Shown: positions 58,716 to 64,000 of the stretch, piece after piece | Position numbering within the stretch: position 1 is the first letter of the stretch | Layout of the letters: each line of letters opens with the position of its first letter | Assembly (NCBI GenBank): GCA_965226795.1 | Contig: CBDDDZ010000005.1 | Coordinates: 224,001-288,000, forward strand | Source: Candidatus Latescibacterota bacterium | GTDB lineage: Bacteria > Latescibacterota > UBA2968 > GCA-2709665 | Length of the DNA stretch: 64,000 nucleotides | Direction of reading: 5' to 3' | Program-made: the position numbers and the translations under genes | The notes under the pieces: model-generated | What the model was told of the DNA's origin: nothing | The model's database searches: none | The model's input: only the letters and a program-made list of their open reading frames with translations

Positions 58716-60033
58716 ATGGAACCGGAGCCGTCGAAATCGGAGATCCTTATGCTCAGGGACGAACATCGGGTCGACGTAGCGTTTGGTCGCGGCAGCGTGT
58801 CCATCAGCGCCGACCCCGAATTGGCGGAATGGGAGGTGATTCGTCCTTCCTTCGAGGCGGCGATACCGGATCCGAAACGTCGTTTTCGGCAGGCGATCGA
58901 GAAGCCCGTGGAATGCGAGCCGCTCGAAGAGATCGTCTCGCACCGGGACCGGGTGGTCATCGTGACCTCCGACGGTACCCGCGCGGTGCCCAACCGGCAG
59001 TTGATTCCCTGGATTCTTGAGGCTCTGCCAGTGCCCGATGAGAATATCACGGTGTTACTGGGAAACGGGACGCATCGGGCAAACACGGATGAAGAAATCG
59101 CGGGGATGTTCGGCAGCGCGGTCTCCAGGCGGTTGCGGATTCTGAATCATGACGCGTACGACGCATCGAAAAACATGTTTCTGGGCAAGTCCGCCTGTGG
59201 TACGGACGTCTGGCTGGACCGGGCGTATGTAGAAGCGGACAAGCGGATTGTGTTGGGATTTATAGAGCCCCATTTCTTCGCGGGTTTTTCGGGCGGGCCA
59301 AAGGGCGTTGCGCCTGGAGTGGCGGGAATTGAGACGATATATCGGCTGCATCGGTCGGAACTGATTGCCCATCCCATGAGTACATGGGGTGTCCTCGACG
59401 AGAACCCCCTGCAACGGGAAGTCCGCGAAGCGGTCGCGCTTTGCCCGCCGGATTTCCTGGTGAACGTAACGCTGAACGGGGAAAAGGCGATCTCGGCGTT
59501 CTTGCGTGGGAAACTATCTGGCGGCGCATCAACTAGGGTGCGTGTCCGCGAAGGCGTCGTCGATGGCGCCTGTAGAGAAGCCGTTCCGGATCGTACTGAC
59601 TTCGAACAGCGGATACCCCCTGGATCAGAACCTGTACCAGGCCGTCAAGGGCATGTCGGCGGCCGCCCGCATCGTGGAAGATGCCGGGACCGTGCTCGTC
59701 GCGAGCGAGTGCAGCGACGGGGTCCCGGATCACGGAAACTTCGCCGAATTGATGCGCACTGGAGACCGGCCGCGGGACGTCTTGCAGGCGGTACACGACC
59801 GGGAACCCATTCTGGACCAGTGGCAGGCGCAGACCCTGGCGGCCATCCTCGAGCGGATTGAAGTAGGGGTTTATTCCGGTATGGACCGAGCCGATATCGA
59901 GGCATGCAAGCTGGACTCCGTGGCAGATCTGGACGCAACCCTTCGGGAAAAGATCCGGGCGATTGGCGGCGACGCGCGGGTGGCCGTGCTGCCGGATGGC
60001 CCGTTGACAATTCCATATCTATCTGAACCATAA
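58716..60033 (+). CDS. larA: Nickel-pincer-dependent lactate racemase family protein, split by an apparent +1 frameshift near 59504
   Basis: SDGTRAVP, GTHR, NHD, EPHFFAGFSGG.K in the first frame; GYPLDQNLYQAVK and DQWQ in the second. Confidence 0.88.
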
Positions 60034-60147
60034 AAAGGATCAACACGATCCAGGGCCGGATGTAAATTCCACACCTGAAGCAAGGCCTTCACACGATTGC
60101 CAATTCAGCGTGGAATGTGAAGAAATCCGCCGGAAAGGGATTTGCAC

Positions 60148-62685
60148 ATGCCGGAACGAGTGGCAATCGGGTTGCGGGTGGTTGAATCTGAGGGCGTTGC
60201 GCGTCGCAATTGGCCGGTAACGAGGGGGGTCCCGATTCCCAGAGGTGCTGTTCAGGATCCGACCGTGTTGGGGGTGAAAGATGCGGACGGCCGCCCGGTA
60301 TCCTCACAGTTCCGCGTGTTGAGTCGGTGGCCGGACGGGAGTTTGAAGTGGGTTCTCACGGACTTCCAGGCGGATGTGCCGCCCGGTGGCAAGTCGTTGT
60401 ATACGGTCTGTCAGAGTGGGGACCGGGTTAAGCCGGCCAATGAAGTGCGCGTTCAGGAAGCCGACGAAAGGTTGATCATCTGTACGGGCCCGCTCCGGTT
60501 CGAGGTGCATCGCCGCCGGTTTTCTCTTGTGGAAAACGTGGCGCTTGGGCGGATGGAGCCGGACGGCGAGTTTACGCCGGAAGAGGAAGTCGCAAGCCTG
60601 GGAGGGGACGCGTGGGTGCGTATCCGCGAGTCGTTTCTGGACGACGAGGGGAAGCGGTACATCTATGGGATGGGCGGCGATTGCCGGGCGTCTCTCGCGG
60701 AGGCCGTGTACGACGTGAGCGTGGAGGAGGCCGGCCCGCTCAGGGCCGTGATCCGGTGTGAAGGCTCATTCGAGGCCGATCTGCCGATGCACCACTATTC
60801 GGGGTATCGGCCGTTTCGTTTCGTGACGCGAATTTACGCCTACGCGGGCCGAACCGAGTTACGCGTGCTGCACACCGTGGTTGCCGCCTGCAATCCGAGA
60901 GAGACGGAAGTGGAGGAAATCGCATTGCGAGTGCCGGTCTCGCTCTCGGGTGCGGTGAATTACCGGATTTCCGCGAGCCGGGAGATCGCCGGTGTGGCGG
61001 CCGCCGGTGAATCGCTGTTGCTTTCTCAGCGCCTCCACAACCATTTTCGTCTGGACCGGCGTCAGGGCCAGGGCACAAGAACACTTGCCGAAGGTGACCG
61101 CACGGAGGGCTGGATCACCTGCGAAGACAGCCGGGTGGGTGTTGGCGTCGGTCTGCGCCATATGCCCGAGGAATATCCGAAAGCACTTGGCGTTTCCGGT
61201 ACCGGCGGTGGGATCGACGTGTATTGCTGGAAGGATCCCGATGGGAAATGCCTTTCTTTAAAGCGGTATTCGGAGGCCGTGGCGTGGGATGAAGGCGAGG
61301 GGGTCTATGCCGATGGTACCGGCACTTCCAAAACGACCGAGTTCTTCGCTTGTTTCTACCGGACGTCGGACAGCGACGGCGTCCCCGGGCGCCTGAGAGG
61401 TTGGCTCCGGGCGCCGCACGTATCCGTGGATCCGGTGTCGATGGCGGAGGGTGAAGCCACGGGCGGGTTTCAACCCTTTGTTGAAGGGCGTTTTCCGAAA
61501 TCCGAGCGGATGATGGCGGCCTTCGTTGATTGGCTGCAGCGGAATATTGAACTGGGCGCCTGGTACGGTTTTCTAGACTGGGGCGACGCGCTGGTGGCGT
61601 GGGATCAGGGCACCGACGACTGGCGATTTTACGGCCGGTGGGGTTGGTGCAACAGCGAGTGGGATCCGCGGCACGGAGTCTGGGTGCAGTACATGCGCAC
61701 AGGCGACCCCCGGCATTTTCTGCTCGGCGAAGCGATGACCCGGCATTCGGTGGACGTCGATACCTGCCACTACCACCCGTTCAGACCCTATATGGTGGGC
61801 GGCTGTTTCCGCCATAGCGTGGACCATTTCGGGGATGAGAGCTGTGCGTCCCACACGTTTCTGGACGGCTGGATGGACTATTACTACCTGACGGGTGACC
61901 TTCGGACGCTGGAGGTGATCCGTGAGGCCGGGGAGTTTCTGTTGCGATACCGGTGGACGGAAGACCCGGCGTTCAGTTTCAGCCTGCGCAGCATTGCCAA
62001 CGCAATGCGCGGTCTGCTTTATGTGTACCAAGTCACGGGCGAGGAGCGGTTCAAGACGCGTGCGCTTGCCGTGTACGAGGCGATTGCGCGGGGTCAGAAT
62101 GACGATGGAAGCTGGCACAAGCGGTTTCAGATCTCCACCGCGGAACGGCTGTCCGATCAGAGGCCGTACGGAATGGCCACGGAGGGCACGACGATGGCCG
62201 TGGAAATGGGCACGGCGGCTCCGTTCACCGACGCCGAGTTTCGCACGTTGAGAGGCGATGCGAAGTCGACTCACCGGGTCCTGCCGGTTTCGGAACTGAA
62301 AGGGTACCAGACCCATTATCTGATGGTGGGGTTGGAACTGTTGCACCGCCTTACGGGTAGGGAAGACGTGGCGAAGGTCTACCTCAGGGCCGTGGACTGG
62401 TTCTGTGGCTATCCGGACGCACTGAATACGGAAAAAGCCATCCAGCAGCGGTACGGTGGCGTCCTGTGCCGGCACCTGGGCTACGCGTACAGGATGACAG
62501 GGAATCGGAAATATCTCGAGATCGGTCAGGCGGTTTTACAGGTCTCGATCGAGGGCCAGGACTGGGGAGACGATCCGAAACGTCACGGGGCGGTCGAAAT
62601 GAGCCCGATGCACATCAGTTTGTTGTTTTTCGGCGTTCCCTATTTTCTCGGTGCGTTGTCCCACGCGGAAATGGGAGAAGAATAA
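60148..62685 (+). CDS. YetA/PcRGLX (PL26-like exo-rhamnogalacturonan lyase family) protein
   Basis: PVT.GVP.P.G, SRWPDGSLKW, WYGFLDWGD, W.NSE, RH..DVD. Confidence 0.7.
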   Translation: MPERVAIGLRVVESEGVARRNWPVTRGVPIPRGAVQDPTVLGVKDADGRPVSSQFRVLSRWPDGSLKWVLTDFQADVPPGGKSLYTVCQSGDRVKPANEVRVQEADERLIICTGPLRFEVHRRRFSLVENVALGRMEPDGEFTPEEEVASLGGDAWVRIRESFLDDEGKRYIYGMGGDCRASLAEAVYDVSVEEAGPLRAVIRCEGSFEADLPMHHYSGYRPFRFVTRIYAYAGRTELRVLHTVVAACNPRETEVEEIALRVPVSLSGAVNYRISASREIAGVAAAGESLLLSQRLHNHFRLDRRQGQGTRTLAEGDRTEGWITCEDSRVGVGVGLRHMPEEYPKALGVSGTGGGIDVYCWKDPDGKCLSLKRYSEAVAWDEGEGVYADGTGTSKTTEFFACFYRTSDSDGVPGRLRGWLRAPHVSVDPVSMAEGEATGGFQPFVEGRFPKSERMMAAFVDWLQRNIELGAWYGFLDWGDALVAWDQGTDDWRFYGRWGWCNSEWDPRHGVWVQYMRTGDPRHFLLGEAMTRHSVDVDTCHYHPFRPYMVGGCFRHSVDHFGDESCASHTFLDGWMDYYYLTGDLRTLEVIREAGEFLLRYRWTEDPAFSFSLRSIANAMRGLLYVYQVTGEERFKTRALAVYEAIARGQNDDGSWHKRFQISTAERLSDQRPYGMATEGTTMAVEMGTAAPFTDAEFRTLRGDAKSTHRVLPVSELKGYQTHYLMVGLELLHRLTGREDVAKVYLRAVDWFCGYPDALNTEKAIQQRYGGVLCRHLGYAYRMTGNRKYLEIGQAVLQVSIEGQDWGDDPKRHGAVEMSPMHISLLFFGVPYFLGALSHAEMGEE

Positions 62686-62885
62686 CGAAAACTGCGGTGG
62701 AATTCGTGCAGTGTCCGCCCGGCGTCCGATGCAATGGGGATGAGGGTGTACCGTTTGATTGAAAGCCGGGGAATCCCGCTAAACACCGATCCACAGTGGG
62801 TCGGCGGGAACACCGGTCCGGGCGGTCATGCGCCGCGGGAAGCCCGGGAGCGGGCAGACCTCACCAACATAGGGAGGTGGGCAAG

Positions 62886-63974
62886 ATGGAAGGCAGGGCG
62901 CTTGTTCGGGTCGGCATTCTCGGTCAGGGACGCAGCGGTCGGGATATCCATGCGGAGTGGCTGTCACGGTCGCCAGGGAAATATCGGATTGTGGCCGTGT
63001 CGGATCTGCTGCGGGACCGTCGTGACCGCGCGGTACGTGAGTTTGAGTGCGATGCGTATGCTGATTATAAGGAGCTACTGGCGCGGCAGGACCTCGACCT
63101 GATTGTCAACGCGTTGCCCAGCCATCTGCATACACAAAGTACCGTGGAAGCCTTTGGTGCAGGTCATCATGTCGTCTCCGAAAAACCCCTGGCTGCCAGC
63201 ACAAGGGAATTTCGGCGAATGGTGGCGGCGTCCGGGCGGGCAGGCAGGGTGTTCGCACCGTTTCAGCAGTCAAGATACGCGCCGCAATTTCAGCAGATAC
63301 GCAGGGTGATCGATTCCGGCGTGCTGGGGCGAATCGTCCAGATCCGGATTGCGTTCAACGGGTTCGCGCGCCGATGGGACTGGCAGACGCTGCAGGAGTT
63401 CAAAGGCGGTAACCTTCTGAATACGGGGCCGCATCCGATGGACCAGGCCCTGTGTCTGCTGGACTGGAAAAAGCCCGCCGTGCACTGCATCATGGACCGC
63501 ACGAATACGTACGGAGACGCGGAGGATCATGTAAAGGTGCTGTTGCGGCGGAAAGGATCTCCCACGGTCGATCTGGAGATATCCTCCTGCGACGCCTATT
63601 CCGGAGATATGTATCACGTTTACGGTACGCGCGGCGGGCTGACGGGCGGATCCGACGGGATCCGCTGGCGGTTTTTCGATCCCGCGGCGGCGCCGGAACA
63701 GCGGCTCTTGCGGTCTCCGCTTCCGGGACCGAGTTATTGCCGCGAAGAACTGCCCTGGACGGAGAATACGTGGACGCCAAATGAAGTGGAAAAAGATGCG
63801 TTCACGTTTATGTCCAGAGCGTTCTATGATCATTTACATAACGTCCTGCAGAACGGTGCGGCACTGTATATCACGCCAAAGCAGGTCGCCGTGCAGGTGG
63901 CGGTGATGGAGGAATGCCACCGACAGAATCCCCTGTCCAGGTGGCGGCCAAAAGGCTGGAAAAAAGAAAGTTAG
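62886..63974 (+). CDS. Gfo/Idh/MocA oxidoreductase
   Basis: GQGRSG..IH, EKP, RRWDWQT, GG.LLN.GPH..DQ. Confidence 0.9.
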   Translation: MEGRALVRVGILGQGRSGRDIHAEWLSRSPGKYRIVAVSDLLRDRRDRAVREFECDAYADYKELLARQDLDLIVNALPSHLHTQSTVEAFGAGHHVVSEKPLAASTREFRRMVAASGRAGRVFAPFQQSRYAPQFQQIRRVIDSGVLGRIVQIRIAFNGFARRWDWQTLQEFKGGNLLNTGPHPMDQALCLLDWKKPAVHCIMDRTNTYGDAEDHVKVLLRRKGSPTVDLEISSCDAYSGDMYHVYGTRGGLTGGSDGIRWRFFDPAAAPEQRLLRSPLPGPSYCREELPWTENTWTPNEVEKDAFTFMSRAFYDHLHNVLQNGAALYITPKQVAVQVAVMEECHRQNPLSRWRPKGWKKES

Positions 63975-64000
63975 TCACGTCGTACAAAGGGGTTCCGTAT

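Noticed and set aside
62690..62880. Possible riboswitch before the last oxidoreductase
   Set aside because: Only generic GC-rich hairpins; no aptamer consensus recognised.
1..64000. CRISPR array, prophage, integron, retron or DGR
   Set aside because: No regularly spaced repeats, cas, integrase, phage structural or reverse transcriptase genes seen.

Overview
A 64-kb, GC-rich bacterial chromosomal segment with about 45 protein genes. No rRNA, tRNA, CRISPR array, integrase or intact transposase was found. Most genes are metabolic or housekeeping: a TonB-dependent receptor, TonB, Lhr helicase, proA, an M16 protease, acetolactate synthase, sugar-acid catabolism genes, a thiolase/DUF35/acyl-CoA ligase module, heparinase II/III-like and PL26-like lyases, a GT2/GT-C pair, larA, an MNT-HEPN toxin-antitoxin pair and an Lsa-like ABC-F. 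The gene content is reminiscent of Latescibacterota/Gemmatimonadota-type uncultured heterotrophs (inference only). Best candidate for a new system: a 771-aa protein on a lower-GC islet (11059-13374, minus). It fuses a ScoMcrA/McrB-like N-terminal domain, a PD-(D/E)XK-like nuclease, a nitrilase domain with an intact Glu-Lys-Cys triad and a degenerate second nitrilase-like module, and may be a defence or modification-dependent nuclease. Second highlight: a diverged, non-coding element of about 300 nt present three times (1-140 minus, 215-385 plus, 57934-58217 plus). The intergenic spaces also hold MITE/REP-like elements and gene scars (IS4 transposase, four-helix-bundle gene, methyltransferase, ABC binding protein). 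Three single-base frameshifts were seen. All family calls come from recognising motifs by eye; no database searches were run.
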